A stretch of 62,429 bases of DNA, filler included, from Asterionella formosa (GCA_002256025.1; 19 parts of 19 records of this genome joined end to end with filler, not necessarily neighbours in it), one strand, 5' to 3'; positions 1 through 12,492 are shown, counted from the first letter of the whole stretch. A program made the numbers and translations. The notes: generated by a model from the letters alone, not told the origin.

Positions 1-165
1 TGTTGTTATTTATGTTTTAGGCTATGGAGAAAGCAGTGGTGAAATTGGTTTGCTCATAATTTCTGGCAATCAAAAAAGGGTCTTTGTCACCATCTATGCC
101 TCAAAGTAGAATTAGTTGTGATGGCTGTATACATTGGTCTGGTACAGGAAACCGGGCTTTACGTT
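1..165 (+). repeat. Dispersed repeat fragment, homologous to 13699-13867
   Basis: tgttgttatttatgttttaggcta-tggagaaagcagtggtgaaattggtttgctc aligns with tgttgctatttacgttttagacta[+12]cggagaaaacggtggtgcagttggtttgctc; similarity continues through ggctgtRtacattg. Confidence 0.8.
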
Positions 166-401
166 TCATGAATATGACTTTGATCCCCCTACTGCTACCA
201 GCAGGTTTGAGTTGCAACATTCAAATGATCATGTCTTTGCCCTTTGGAACCATATTGATTGGTGCATTCACCTATGCCAGTTTTGAAGAACTTCGTTGAT
301 TGTTTAATAATAGATTATCAAGTTCTTATCTACCCTTCTAAGATCAACCTCCTTGTTGGTTGAATGTGGCTGGCCTAAATCCACTCATTAATTCCATAGC
401 T

Positions 402-594
402 GGGGAATGATTTAGTTGGTTAGCACACCTTCCAAGGTTGCGAATTCGATTCCTGCATTCTCCACCTTTCTTTCTCATGTAGTCCCTAGAGATTCAGGGT
501 GAGTGGCTGATGGAGCGAAAGATAGGTCCGTTGTACCATGTAGACAAATAAACCATTACCAATCGTACCATGATTTTATTTGGGCCCGAGTGCA
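402..594 (+). mobile_element. tRNA-headed SINE-like element, copy 1
   Basis: GGGGAAT...TTCGATTCCTGC-ATTCTCC-A head with A/B-box-like motifs; about 190 nt colinear with 45714-45907; flanks unrelated. Confidence 0.7.
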
Positions 595-1309
595 GAGAAG
601 TGGAAGTTGGGTTTGCTATGATCAAAATTTTCGTGATGGTCACAGAGTTGTTACATCACCTTGTGGTACTAGTAATGCACCTCAACAAAGGGAACTCGGA
701 GTACTGGTTCACCAAACACCAAAATGTTGCTATGAATTCCTTGCACCAGGAGAGGGAATCGAGAATTCTTGGGGTTGTAGCGCCAAGTTTTTCTACCATT
801 TGGATAATCTGGGGAGGAAAAGGAGAAAGAGACTTCAGGTCTGTGGTGCAAAACAGCATGTCAAGGGAGAAAGTGTTAACAGCAAAAATGATAAGACATT
901 AGGTGAGTAAGACAATGAATATGTTGTGGGTATTTCAATATTTGGAAAGATGTTGATGAATGACAAGATGATAAGATGGAAGCTGATGTTGACACAACAG
1001 TTGAAGCCAGCCCCATCAGTGTTGAGAAGCTGTTCACATGATTCTAAACACACCATGACTTTGCCATTGATTTTGACAAAACTTTCTACAAGGCAACATA
1101 TGTCTATGATCTGCCTGACATAGCAAATGCCAATGCATAAAAGAAAGAAGCAACATAATCAATGAACTTCAATGACAACAACAGATATGGGATGGTTAAT
1201 ATTCCAGAAAACCAAGGCTGGTTATGCCAGGAATGGTTAGGAGAGCTCCCCCAGGAATAGAGTACCCGGTACTTTTAAAGTGCTTAAGAAATAAGGTTGC
1301 GACCACTAC

Positions 1310-1410
1310 TACCAGCAAGTTGTGGTAATTTTGCTGAATCTAAAAGGTGTTGCTCTCTTTATCCGATATTAAATTGTTAGGTTCAGCAAAATTACGGCAA
1401 CTTGCAGGTA
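1310..1410. mobile_element. Palindromic MITE-like element (about 100 bp)
   Basis: About 30-bp imperfect inverted repeats gcaagttgtggtaattttgctgaatctaa / ttaggttcagcaaaattacggcaacttgc; a related copy lies at 58598-58674. Confidence 0.7.
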
Positions 1411-1787
1411 CTACTACCGGTAACTAATAATGATTGATGTTAGATACCTATAGGAGGGAAACGAGTGGAGGGCAACAAATATTGCATTTATTTTGTGTCC
1501 AGCCACCTCAAAATTCTCAACTCTGAATTATTATATGCAAAAGAATATCTATACAAAGGCCTACGTACCCTACTACATTGAAGATTCACGTTGCTTGTAA
1601 CCAACCATATGGACCCAGTCGTTCGCACGGTCCCAGACGTGCACTTTGCAACAACAAGAGTGTGCAATCCACGCATGCGGTATTTCATTCTTGGGTCGTC
1701 GCTCATGCATCCTCTGGATTTCGCCATGGACAGAGCATATAATAGGCCGATTTATGTCCTGGTATGCATGAGCAACACCTGATACCG

Positions 1788-1887
1788 NNNNNNNNNNNNN
1801 NNNNNNNNNNNNNNNNNNNNNNNNNNNNNNNTTAATTAATTAANNNNNNNNNNNNNNNNNNNNNNNNNNNNNNNNNNNNNNNNNNNN
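1788..1887. other. Artificial contig linker N44-TTAATTAATTAA-N44 (first of 18)
   Basis: Identical 100-nt linkers start at 1788, 3675, 5562, 7449, 9335, 11221, 13107, 14992, 16877, 18760, 20643, 22525, 24407, 26289, 28171, 30051, 58675 and 60555. The 12-mer has stops in all six frames. Confidence 0.99.
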
Positions 1888-2069
1888 TGCATTGAAACTG
1901 TAGCCGAATATGCACATAGGCCATGACGATTCGCTCGTGTTCGCTGTCTAAAGCAGGGTCCCAGGTATCGTCCTGCAATTGCACCCGGTGTGTCCCCTGC
2001 GCGAGCTCGGAGTCCACATTTTAATCGTGTTTCCTAGTCCCGAAAAGGCTGGTAGGATGCTGATCATTT

Positions 2070-3674
2070 TTAGGGGTTTGGCAAATGAGGAGAACTCATG
2101 AAAAATCGATGTAGCTTTTGCATAGTGGATCGTGTTGGATCCGCCTTTTCACGGTACTGTTGAATCAAGTGCAGGGCTATCCGGATGGTCTCCTTCGTGG
2201 CAAGGCTCACTTCATCAGCAAGTCCCATCATCGAATGGTACCAATCTAGGACGATTGTGCCACCTTGTCGATCTAGTAATGTGTCCACCAAACGAGTGGT
2301 CAGTCCAGAATAGTGGTATAGTGTATCATCGTCGTCAAATGTTACATTGGTTTGGCTGTCCAACAGACCCTCCAAGGAAAGACGGCCAAGGTCCTTTCTA
2401 CATTGGAGAGGATAATGTAATTCACATGACAACATCATGACTGCCATGGCGATGGCAACAGATCGATCCTTGCCTTGTGCACAGTGAATCAAGACGCGAC
2501 GCTTGCTTTGTAAGTGTGACAGGCAAAAGATTATGGCAACTGGCATCCATCGTTCCAATTCTGTTTTGTCTCGTTTGCCCTCCTTCACTGGTAATTGAAG
2601 GTACCACTTTCCTTCGGGTAATGGGAGATTGTCTGTAAAGTCGGGATATTCCATGTCGGTAACATTGACAATGGCATCAAACGTTTTCCAGCACTGTGGA
2701 GGTCGTCCAGCCCGTCTCGTTCCAATGTAAATGCCAGTCTCTTCTCCAATGGCATCAAAATCACCTTGCAAGTCCGTGACAGTATCGTTGTTAGTATTAT
2801 TTGCTTCCATTAAAGCGTCAGCAGCCACAATCCGATCAATAGTAGCTTCGACCTCTTCATCGATTAATGGTTCCATCAAAATTTCATTCATGTTCTCCCA
2901 AAACAATCGAGGAATTAATTTTCTGCCCCACAGTTCATGATCATCCGCAGCACCAGGTGTATACCAAAAAGTGCCTTTCCAGCACCGATCAGGATGGTAT
3001 TCAGAACAATTCATACAAATGATGCTATAATAGGCTGACGATGATCCGTCGTACAATATCTCCCGACGGTGTGGGGTGATCCAAAATGGTCGTAATGGGC
3101 GCTTCAGTATTGTCACAAGCCATACTGGATCCACAATGGCGTGACTCTTATATAACAGATCCACTCGATCGTCTAAAATGTTGACCATGGCACTATGTTC
3201 GTCTGACGAAATGACCCAAGGAGTGTACAATGCCACATCCCACGGCTCACCGGTATCCAAATTACTGGAGAGTCCCATGTCATGACGAAATCGAACAACG
3301 ATTCGATTCAAAACAGCACACCAAATAGGTATCGTTCGTGAAAAGCTATCTGGCATTTCTTTCGATTTACTAGCATCCAATAAAAGGAGAGACCCCTCAG
3401 AACATTCGTCAGCAAGTTTTTGAATTAGATCCAGATTAAGTCGTTTGAGTGAAAAGTTCCAGACATGACCATCTGTGCTTTTAAAGTAGCAAGTGGAGGT
3501 TGTTGGAGATGGAGTATACCACGTCCCACATCGTTCATTACAAACCACAGGTAGCGCTGGATACAACGCAATGGTAGGTAGAACGACATTGTAATAATCA
3601 TATCGAATGGATAACAGTCGATGGCAAGCCCTGTTGGCTTGTTTGATAATTTTCTTTCGTTCCTCCCGATTCAG
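2070..3674 (-). CDS. RIT1: Initiator tRNA A64-2'-O-ribosylphosphate transferase (Rit1), 5'-partial
   Basis: Rit1 motifs NERCGTWY, CYFKSTDGH..WNFSLKRLNL, PDSFSRTIPIWCAVLNR and GAADDHELW; C-terminal DUSP-like HCAQGKDRS. The frame stays open to the contig end (..HRLLSIRYD..). Confidence 0.92.
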   Translation of the reverse strand: MNREERKKIIKQANRACHRLLSIRYDYYNVVLPTIALYPALPVVCNERCGTWYTPSPTTSTCYFKSTDGHVWNFSLKRLNLDLIQKLADECSEGSLLLLDASKSKEMPDSFSRTIPIWCAVLNRIVVRFRHDMGLSSNLDTGEPWDVALYTPWVISSDEHSAMVNILDDRVDLLYKSHAIVDPVWLVTILKRPLRPFWITPHRREILYDGSSSAYYSIICMNCSEYHPDRCWKGTFWYTPGAADDHELWGRKLIPRLFWENMNEILMEPLIDEEVEATIDRIVAADALMEANNTNNDTVTDLQGDFDAIGEETGIYIGTRRAGRPPQCWKTFDAIVNVTDMEYPDFTDNLPLPEGKWYLQLPVKEGKRDKTELERWMPVAIIFCLSHLQSKRRVLIHCAQGKDRSVAIAMAVMMLSCELHYPLQCRKDLGRLSLEGLLDSQTNVTFDDDDTLYHYSGLTTRLVDTLLDRQGGTIVLDWYHSMMGLADEVSLATKETIRIALHLIQQYREKADPTRSTMQKLHRFFMSSPHLPNP

Positions 3675-4631
3675 NNNNNNNNNNNNNNNNNNNNNNNNNN
3701 NNNNNNNNNNNNNNNNNNTTAATTAATTAANNNNNNNNNNNNNNNNNNNNNNNNNNNNNNNNNNNNNNNNNNNNGCAAGTGTGTATGAAAGATATCAGTG
3801 TGAATGTTTTTGTAAATGTATTGTCTGCACCAATTGAACTGAACAAAACTACTGAATGAAGAACAAAAACTACCAAAATTACCAAAACAACAAAAACAAC
3901 AACATGAAATTCTATCAAGTTCGGTTTGCTCGCTGTGAAATGTTTCCTTAGAAGACACACTCGATCGTTCAAGTAACAACTGGTTTGGGACCCAGTAACC
4001 CCTACGGAGGTACGCCCTCGAGTTCAATTGTCTTCTTCTGGTCTCATCTCACAACAGGTAGACCGTTCTAACAAACCAAATGAGGCGGCGAATTACAACA
4101 ATTTATTATTATAGAGCTAAAGTCTTATGAAGCTTTTCTTTTCGTGGATGACTATTTTGTATTATAGCAGGAGGCATAACCTTTTTTTCGGTTATGATAT
4201 GACAATAACTTTGTCTTATAGAAGCTATAGAACGATTGGAGTTATTTCATTTCATTTCATTTTATCGGTATCGGTATCGGTAGTCTTGAACGAGAGCATC
4301 ATCATTGGGTTTTAGGGTTTTAGACAACGAATAAAGTGAACAACACTTGTTGCGATTCAAGACCTTAGCGACCGTAACTGATTTAAAAACTGGGCACCAA
4401 CAGGCTTAGTGGCAGGCAACAGGCAACAGTTTCTCACCCGCCGTACCGTGATCTCCCAGGGAACCAACGTATAAATTAAATGTTTTCAATAAGAGGGAAA
4501 AATCCCCGAAGGCTCTTTTCCAACCAGACATGAGTTTGTTTATGTCAACGTAATCTCCAGAGTTCAATGAATCGAGCATGCTTGCCACACCGGACCAGGC
4601 GTACAAGTATCGAATAGGCTTTTGATCGGGT

Positions 4632-4722
4632 AGAAAAGAAAAGAAATCAGATGAAATCAGATGAGATCAGATGAGATGAAATGAGATCAAATCAGATGAA
4701 ATGAGACCAAATCAGATCAGAT
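4632..4722. repeat. Pentanucleotide microsatellite (AGAAA/ATCAG/ATGAG/ATGAA)
   Basis: Visible 5-nt periodic tract. Confidence 0.9.
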
Positions 4723-5468
4723 CTGATCTCACGAAATAATCATCTCGTAATTAAAATCAAAAATCATCCAATGTTCCAACTTTGAATTACATATTTGTTG
4801 AACAGTTGTTGATAGGAGGCACAGTCCTTGGACACTTCGCTACCCGATGATGGAAATATAATGGAACCATTTTGATGCAGACAATGGACAGTGGATTGTG
4901 TGGACACAAAATATCGAGAACTCTCATGGAAGCTTTTTTGCAGAGCTGATGTGACCGCGGGTGACCGCACGCTCGCGTATTCGACTTTGGTATACTACCA
5001 GGTACCGGTAGCATCAGAGCAGCTTCTGTCAAGTCGACAGGACAAGGAGGAGGAGTTAGCGCAGCAATTTGAGTGAATCGAAGAATTCATGGAAGGATTC
5101 AGACTTGTCATTGTATCGTGCATCGAGCATCGAGCATCGAGCATCTTTTGCTGGTTCAATTTGTCACACCCCGCCGCCATCAAAAGCGCCCTGTGGCTGT
5201 GGATTTTATGCGCAATTTCAAGTGCGAATGTTGTGCAAAAAAGAGTTAAGAGCGAATTCAGGGGAATTCGTCCCTTGACGACCAACAACTTACCGGTACT
5301 CCGAGTCCACCATTGTCTGCTGCTGGTACCTGGTACCTGGTACTGCAGCTGCTGCTGCTGCAGCTGCTGGGTTGGCTGACCGGGGAAGGACGGTTTTACC
5401 TACAGGTACGCAACCGGTATTCGGGCTACCAGGTACCAGGTACTTTACTGGGACCAGGTACCAGGTAC

Positions 5469-5561
5469 AGAACACCATATGTTCAGGACTGTTGCTACTG
5501 CAGTGGGACAGTAAATCATCATAGTTTTAGGATCGTATGATCGAAAAACTAAAAACAAATA
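5469..5561 (+). repeat. One unit of the 92-bp tandem repeat (truncated by contig end)
   Basis: gaacaccatatgttcaggactgttgctactgcagtgggacagtaaatcatcatagttttaggatcgtatgatcg, also at 15857-16250 (-) and 23670-23987 (+). Confidence 0.9.
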
Positions 5562-5661
5562 NNNNNNNNNNNNNNNNNNNNNNNNNNNNNNNNNNNNNNN
5601 NNNNNTTAATTAATTAANNNNNNNNNNNNNNNNNNNNNNNNNNNNNNNNNNNNNNNNNNNN

Positions 5662-5897
5662 CGTACGTAGACGAAATTTCGAAAAGTCAAATGAATTATT
5701 TGAAACATCAACTAATTCAGTCTCGCGTTCAAAATTCATTGTGAAAACTTCACATGAAACAGTTAAAACTTCACATGAAACCGTTAAAAGTAATCTTTTT
5801 TACGTGAAGAGTGGCATTAATGCATGTGAAGTACCACATAATTAACACTCATACGTAGACGAAATTTCGAAAAGTGGCGTATTTCGCGGCTTAGATG
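5662..5897 (-). mobile_element. CATCTA-ended AT-rich element (A), inserted in copia integrase
   Basis: Near-identical in reverse to 29742-29980; terminus CATCTAAGCCGCG; internal repeat with 188-bp period. Confidence 0.85.
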
Positions 5898-7448
5898 TGA
5901 GAGAATTTCAAGGAGCTGCTGGAGAGCAGCTTTGTGGGTTGCAGTGAGTGGTGCAACGGGAGACCGAGTGGTGGGATGTAACAAGGCATAGGCAATGTCC
6001 TGCAAACTGGTTGTGATGAGGTCAGTGGATGAATTACAGGGTAAGTGGACTTTGGTTGGAAACCACGAGACAGTATCGCAGATTCTGATTGAACGTGTGT
6101 CCCACATCCAGATGCGGTAGCAGCGATAGGAATCCACAGCAGGGCCGACATACCAACCATCGAGAGCATGCGGAGCCCATGTGGTGCGGTGTTGGGGCTT
6201 GGCATGAACAAGGACCCGACAACCGGGTGGAGCAAGGGGGACACGGTTGTAATCATAGGTTCCATTGACCTGTGCCCAAGCAGACAGTTTGGGGTTGATG
6301 CGTGAGCCACGGAGGAGGTTAAGAGTAAGTTCGGCTTGAACTAGTAGTTGGTCCCACAAGTGGAGAGGAAAGTGTTTGTCGACACTGCATAGACCGGCAA
6401 TGAAATGATTTTGAAAGGTGCGAATTGCACGTTCAGCGGCATTGCGACGATGGACAGCCGGCGGGACCAACTGAAAGTCAATAGCTTCGGCGTCCAAGAA
6501 GTCTTTGAGGAGGGTAGAACACTCATTGTCAAGGCGTTGAAGTTTGGGACGTAGGCCAGCTTTGCACAAACGTTGATGTAATGCTTTATATGCTGCAAGG
6601 AGGCAGGAAGCGGTTCGGTTATGGAAGGGCTGAACGAAAATGTAGTTGCTGTCATAATCATATAAAATCATAATGTAGTTGTTTCCAGTGCTGGAGGGGA
6701 GTATGAATTTTCCGGTTTGATCAGTGTAAATTTGGCCTGTGGGTGCAATAATGGACGCAAAACACATATGGGTAGGGGTTGCAAGACACTCAGGGTGGAA
6801 ATCAGCATCACCCAGCACATTGGTAGTAGGAATGGATGCAAGTTCAGGCTCAATAATAGTTGGGGGCACACGTGTGGATCGTACGTTTTGACGTGTTTGA
6901 TCGAGGTGGCCTTTGATGGTTGCGATGGAATGAGGGGGATGTTTGCGTAGTGTAGCTAAGGTCAGACCTGGAAAATTGGCAAGATACCCATGGAGTAATG
7001 CGCTTTCCAAAGTGGAGAGAACAGGAGAAAAGAGGGCCGCATGGGCAAAAGCAACAAGTGCTGGTGCATTGGGACTGCCAATGGCGGCAGCAGCGTAGTG
7101 GGTAGGGGTAGGCAATGGTGGATCAATTGAGGTGGTGGTGACATGCCATAATCGAGTGGTGGTGGAGCGATGGCCCTGAAGGATGCAATGACCATCGGAT
7201 AAGACAGACATGTGTAGTTTGGTGAAGAGTACCTCGTAGCCAGAATCACATAGTTGTCCAATGCTCAATAAAGAGCAATTGTGTAGACCAGGGACAATGT
7301 GTACATGACGAGCAGCAGGTAAGAGCATAGGTAAAGATAATTCGGCCTCATGTGTAGATTTAACATGGTTGCCGTTAGGAAGTTGAATGGTGATAGGGTT
7401 GGTGGTAGGTCGTTTGTTGATGACAGGTAAATCAACAGTGGCGTAATT
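5898..7448 (-). mobile_element. Ty1/copia (CoDi-like) pol fragment: protease C-terminal part and integrase
   Basis: SLLSIGQLCDSG; integrase core IYTDQTGKF..YDYDSNYI..RLDNE..HRRNAAERAIRTF; GWYVGPAVDSYRCY. Interrupted at 5897. Confidence 0.93.
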
Positions 7449-9139
7449 NNNNNNNNNNNNNNNNNNNNNNNNNNNNNNNNNNNNNNNNNNNNTTAATTAA
7501 TTAANNNNNNNNNNNNNNNNNNNNNNNNNNNNNNNNNNNNNNNNNNNNTGGGAGGCAGTGCAACCCAAGTATATAGTTCCAAAAGCAAACTGGCAGCTCA
7601 GACTTCCCTCCTTCACCTGCTGTTGGTGTCCCATCAGTCACACCTTCCTCTCCTTACTGCTGCTGCATACCGAAGTACCGAGTACCAGGTACCAGGTACC
7701 AGTACCGGTACATGAATGAGGATGGGGTTTAATTTGTGTAAACGACCGGTACCAGGTACCAGGTACAGTGTATATTCCTACGATGATCGTGCGTACAGTT
7801 ATGGTTTAATTAAACCAAAAAATTAAACCCCCAGTTAAACCGGGTTTAATTTTTCTACTGGCAAATACTGTTGTAACACGGTGCTTCCACTAGTATTTTC
7901 AGATCAATACCGTGCCAGTATTAACATGACCCAGTAGACACATACCAGAGGCCTACGGGAAAATACAACTTGGGTTTAATTTTACCAATTACGGTACGGT
8001 ATACAATTACCTGTGTGTTGGACAGGGAAGATCCGGTTATCGAGATATTTAGCTATCTCTTTTGTAAAGTAAAAAAGCGCTTTCCCGGACCTTCCCAGTA
8101 AAGCAATTGGGAACATATTTTTTACATTAAGAGCAGGAAGGCCTGTGAAAGTAAACCGGTAGTATAACAGTATACCGGTATTGTCATTTCATTTTCCATA
8201 TACTGTACCTAAAAACTGTTCTAAAATTTGGCCATTATGCTGGCTTAGCTTGCCAGTCCGGAATCTACGTAAGAAAACCAGCGTGAGGAAAGGAGTACGA
8301 AAGCTTTTTAACATAAGCAGCATCACCAGCCTCTGCATACTAGGTGTATTAGACTGCAGCGGAGGACATGGATGACTAGTTACTACCTGTGGTACCAAGT
8401 GCTGCCTACCAGTAGCTAGCATTAGTCTACTCAATGTGAAATAGAATAAAGTCTTGTTCAATCAAATAGAAGGATACGTGCTTACCTGGTACGCCTTTTC
8501 ATAGAGTTTCTTTTCATGTAACAATTCAGAGTAAATACTTGTGATGTGCAATTGATGCAATATTTGTTACATAATGTTGCCCTCCACCTATTTCCAGGTA
8601 TATTCCTATATGTAGAGAACTTATAACATAGATGGAATCTTTGTCTACTTTTTCCCTTTGGTTGATACTCATATCAGAATGCCATCACCTTTTTCTTCTT
8701 GCCTCTAGAAATCTCGACCTCATTTGGTTGCAAACATTTGTTTGGAAACATCTTATTTAATTAACTTATCAAAAGATTGCTTAGTATCAAACTATGTGTT
8801 ATTGCCAGCCCATAAGACTACTTTTCATGAAGATATTCCCTGAATTGATTGACCATCAACCAAGCACTATGTATGGCAGAGTCAGCCATGACAGATATTG
8901 ATTCCATGATTTAATGAAAAGTTCTTAAAGCCTTTGGGGAATCACTTTTGCACAAGAAACAACAGAGATCTTGAGCAACATGGTGAGCTGATCAAAGCAA
9001 ACAAAATGGCATGATGTTCCTCACTACCAGACAGCCAATCTAGTTAGGCTGTATACTACTATATTTATTATTTTGATGTAACTAGCCATACTAGTCTGAT
9101 GACATTAGTCTAGTGCATATAGACATCATCAGACATCTA

Positions 9140-9334
9140 CATCTAAGCCGCGTATTACGTGAAGTGACCATCACATAAATAAGCCTAGTTGATTTTGAAT
9201 GCATCACATGAATTAGTTGAATACATCAAAATACGTAGTTGAATATATCTATATATTATCTGAATACATCACGTTAAATATTTGATCAAAGTATCATGCA
9301 TGCATTCCTGATCATCACTATATTATGTGATCAC
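9140..9334 (+). mobile_element. CATCTA-ended AT-rich element (C), truncated by contig end
   Basis: Starts CATCTAAGCCGCG like elements A and D; body only weakly similar. Confidence 0.55.
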
Positions 9335-9434
9335 NNNNNNNNNNNNNNNNNNNNNNNNNNNNNNNNNNNNNNNNNNNNTTAATTAATTAANNNNNNNNNN
9401 NNNNNNNNNNNNNNNNNNNNNNNNNNNNNNNNNN

Positions 9435-10990
9435 TCTGCTCTGCAATGAATCTTCCACTTACCTTTGGATTTTGGTCTACGCAAGGTAACTTTGGTGCAG
9501 TAGAGGAACTGGTAGGAAACGCTGAAGTTACTGCAACCGCTCTTGCAATGAAAGAGGCGTGTCAGGAGGAAATATATCTGACACTCAATGTGCATGAACG
9601 AGGAGACTGGGCTGACAAAGGACGTGATTTTCAGTGGTGGAACAGTCTGACTGGTACGGATCGCTTGCCTGTACTGAATAGGCCTCGACTCACTGTTAGT
9701 TACGATATGGGCTGGCAGCAGCGGTCCAGTGGGAATAAGTACAACTCTGTGAGTGGACATGATTTTTGTATTGGCAGCTACACGAAAAAGATACTAGACT
9801 ACAGAGTGAAATCGAAGGTCTGTAATGTGTGCAACAGGGCTATACGGTACAAGAAACCAATCAAGGAACATGTTTGTCCCAAGAATCATGTAACTGGTAG
9901 TTCGAAAGCAATGGAACCAGATGCTGGTGTAGAAATGATGATTGATGCAGTAATGAAAAACAAAGTTATCTACTCTGCAATCATCTGTGATGATGATTCT
10001 ACTATTTGAGCTGTTTCTAAGTGGTCCTATAAGGAGATATTGAAACTTCAGCCATCCTTCCAATGGCCAAGAACATTGAAAGGATCAAAAAAATCGGACA
10101 AAGGATCCCTTCCACTGACTGTACCTGAACCTACATTTCTGTCTGACCCATCCCACAGAGTACGGATCCTTCTCCGCCCAGCTTTTATGAAATCCAATGG
10201 CCGAGTCTCCCTCGAGCGTCCCTCAAAAGCAGATTGTCTCCGGTTGAAAATTTCTATGGCGCTTGGATTTAAAAAAACCGGAACCTTTCTCTGGCCGAAT
10301 TTAGTATTTCCTCCAAGGCACCAATCAACCATTTATTTGGCTGCCACAATTACTGCTCTGAGACATGGTGCCCTGTAAAAGCAGGAAAAATGGTTAGTAA
10401 CGGAAAATATCATGACAAGGAAAAGGAAAAAGATTTTTACAAATGGTTAATGCTGCATGTTGCAACGAAAGTCGAAGGCGAAAAGCTACTATCATTGCAT
10501 CATCCCTTTGACACGCAGATTAATGAGGCAATGAACAATGCAGTGTTGCGACGATGTCCAAAAAACCAAGGTGTTTGCGGGATCTGGAGGCCTTCAATAT
10601 CGAGTGGCTTCGATTGTTGGGCAACACACACAAGGAGCAACACAATACACAAGGAATGTATACAAGCAATGTGGAATGCAGATGTCAGCACTGCAAGAAT
10701 CCTTCTGGAGACAAAAAGAAAAGCGACGAAGTGACGATGGAGCCTATAAAGCACAATTCAAATGAAAGAGGAAACGAAGCAAAAGAATACATGCAGCACG
10801 ATTCGAAACAGTCAAACAGGAAAGGCAAGATAACAAATCAGGTAAGACTTACTGTTCTGTTGTTGCGCTCAGAAGGGAATATCAGGAAACAAGAAGGAAA
10901 GGAACAAATGTCTGCAATCATTGTGGCCGCAATGATCATCAAAGAAAAAGCAGCGCACTCTGTCCATTCAATGTACCGGCAGGCAAAGTG
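9435..10990 (+). pseudogene. Kolobok/Mutator-like DDE transposase pseudogene
   Basis: VSYDMGWQQR..SVSG..IG..TKKILDYRVKSKVCNVC..HVCPKNH..SSKAME..ICDDDS, SDPSHRVR, TQINEAMNN..RCPK; internal TGA at 10007-10009 and frameshifts. Confidence 0.8.
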
Positions 10991-11320
10991 CCTGATCACA
11001 CTGGTATGCGTATGATCAATGATGATCAGCTACCTACTACTGTGGATATTGTACCGGCCAACAACCAAGAAAATATTACATGTGCATCCAGTATGGCCAG
11101 CTTGGGTTTGCAAGACCGCGCAAACCAGGCCAATCAATTGTCGGTAAGTAATTGAACTTGACCAATCAAAATATTTATAGTGAAGCGTGCACTTACAATG
11201 GAATTTTTTGTACAGGCGATNNNNNNNNNNNNNNNNNNNNNNNNNNNNNNNNNNNNNNNNNNNNTTAATTAATTAANNNNNNNNNNNNNNNNNNNNNNNN
11301 NNNNNNNNNNNNNNNNNNNN

Positions 11321-12185
11321 CCTTTCCTTCTTTTTCTATATTTTACTTGCTCGACTTATTGCTGTAGACTATTTGTAGCTGCTCCGAAACGGAGAAGGCC
11401 ATTGAGGCACATCTCAATTTTGACTCACTACGGCGACATGCAAGGTTAAAATATGCAACAGCTGTTTCTTAACGAAATAACGGATTCAATTCCTTATTGT
11501 CAGCTACTCAGCATCCTTTCCTTCTTTTTCTATATTGTACTTGCTAGAGTTATCGCTGTAGACTATTTGTAGCTGCTCCGAAACGGAGAAGGCCATTGCG
11601 GCACATCTCAATTTTGACTCACTACGGCGACATGCGATGCTAAACGATGCTCAACGAGTACCAACGGTGCTTTATTTCTAATCTGGCAGGCTATTGTAAT
11701 CTCTACAATCAACAATGACTAAACAATGTGTCTACAACATCAACTACTACTACTACGTGTGCTGAATTCTACAGTGTGAATCTTCCTCTTGCATGTGTTA
11801 TTCTTTGCCAGTTCAGATCAAAGTGATATGTCAGAGCGGAAGAAATTATAAGTGTATCGGAATTGGCGACTCTTTCGTTCATTATATGGTGAAAGCAGCA
11901 TAATATTGCGGCGGAGCAGCATCATTTCGCTTTTATACTGTTGCGATGGCTAGTTAGTCAACATATATTGTCACGAACACACATAATTATTGGTGTGATC
12001 ACATAATTATTCGATAAGTGAAATAAATTTTTGTTTAACCCGAATAAATTAGGGAAAAAGTAGCATAATGTTTCAAAAAAGTAACATAATATTTTAGAAA
12101 AGTAACATAATATTTTAAAAAAGTAGCATAAATACGTCACTTAAGGCATAAATTCGAAAAAGTGCCGTAAACGGCGTCTTAGATG
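11321..12185 (-). mobile_element. CATCTA-ended element (B), inserted in a copia LTR; far end not seen
   Basis: Terminus CATCTAAGACGCC at 12185; the uninterrupted LTR (24507-24610) shows the insertion point after cagtacta. Contains 21-bp tandem repeats (12055-12130) and a 194-bp-period duplication (11321-11635). Confidence 0.7.
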
Positions 12186-12492
12186 TAGTACTGTGTTAAT
12201 CGAATACAGTTGATGAAATTGATAGCAACGAAGAAGTTGTCAAACTTAAACTGTCACTTTACTAACTGGATTGTTTCGAGATAATGGTCTCGAAACACTC
12301 TTATTACTCACATTGCATTTTAACATTTTTTCCTGACCTCTGATTGCTTTTCCTTGCGTTGTGCCTTTTACCACGTCAGCCCAGGTAAATCTTGGTAGCG
12401 GCTGTACGGTTTTAACTGTAGTACTGTACTCTCTCGTGTCTACTATACCCTTCACTTCTGTCCTGTGGCAGTCAGCTCGCATTTTTCCAACA
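12186..12492 (-). repeat. Copia 3' LTR, interrupted at 12185
   Basis: PPT-like aaggagcg (12493-12500, minus) followed by TGTTGG; 12186-12244 matches 24507-24565 at 58/59 nt. Confidence 0.8.

Noticed and set aside
464..540. HDV-like, hammerhead or SECIS motif in the SINE body (CTGATGG..GCGAAA)
   Set aside because: P1/P2/J4-2-like pairings can be drawn but no P3 fits; the hammerhead core and SECIS ATGA are broken in both copies; a simple long hairpin explains the pairing.
503..1123. Overlapping short ORFs in the first contig
   Set aside because: No recognisable domain; likely decayed repeat.
4307..4323. GGGTTTTAGGGTTTTAG telomere-like word, and GGGTTTAA words at 7725-7980
   Set aside because: Only about two units, internal, and not a tandem array.
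9094..9134. Hairpin GTCTGATGA..TCATCAGAC next to CATCTA element C
   Set aside because: Single occurrence; no GAAA core for a hammerhead and no clear Helitron end.
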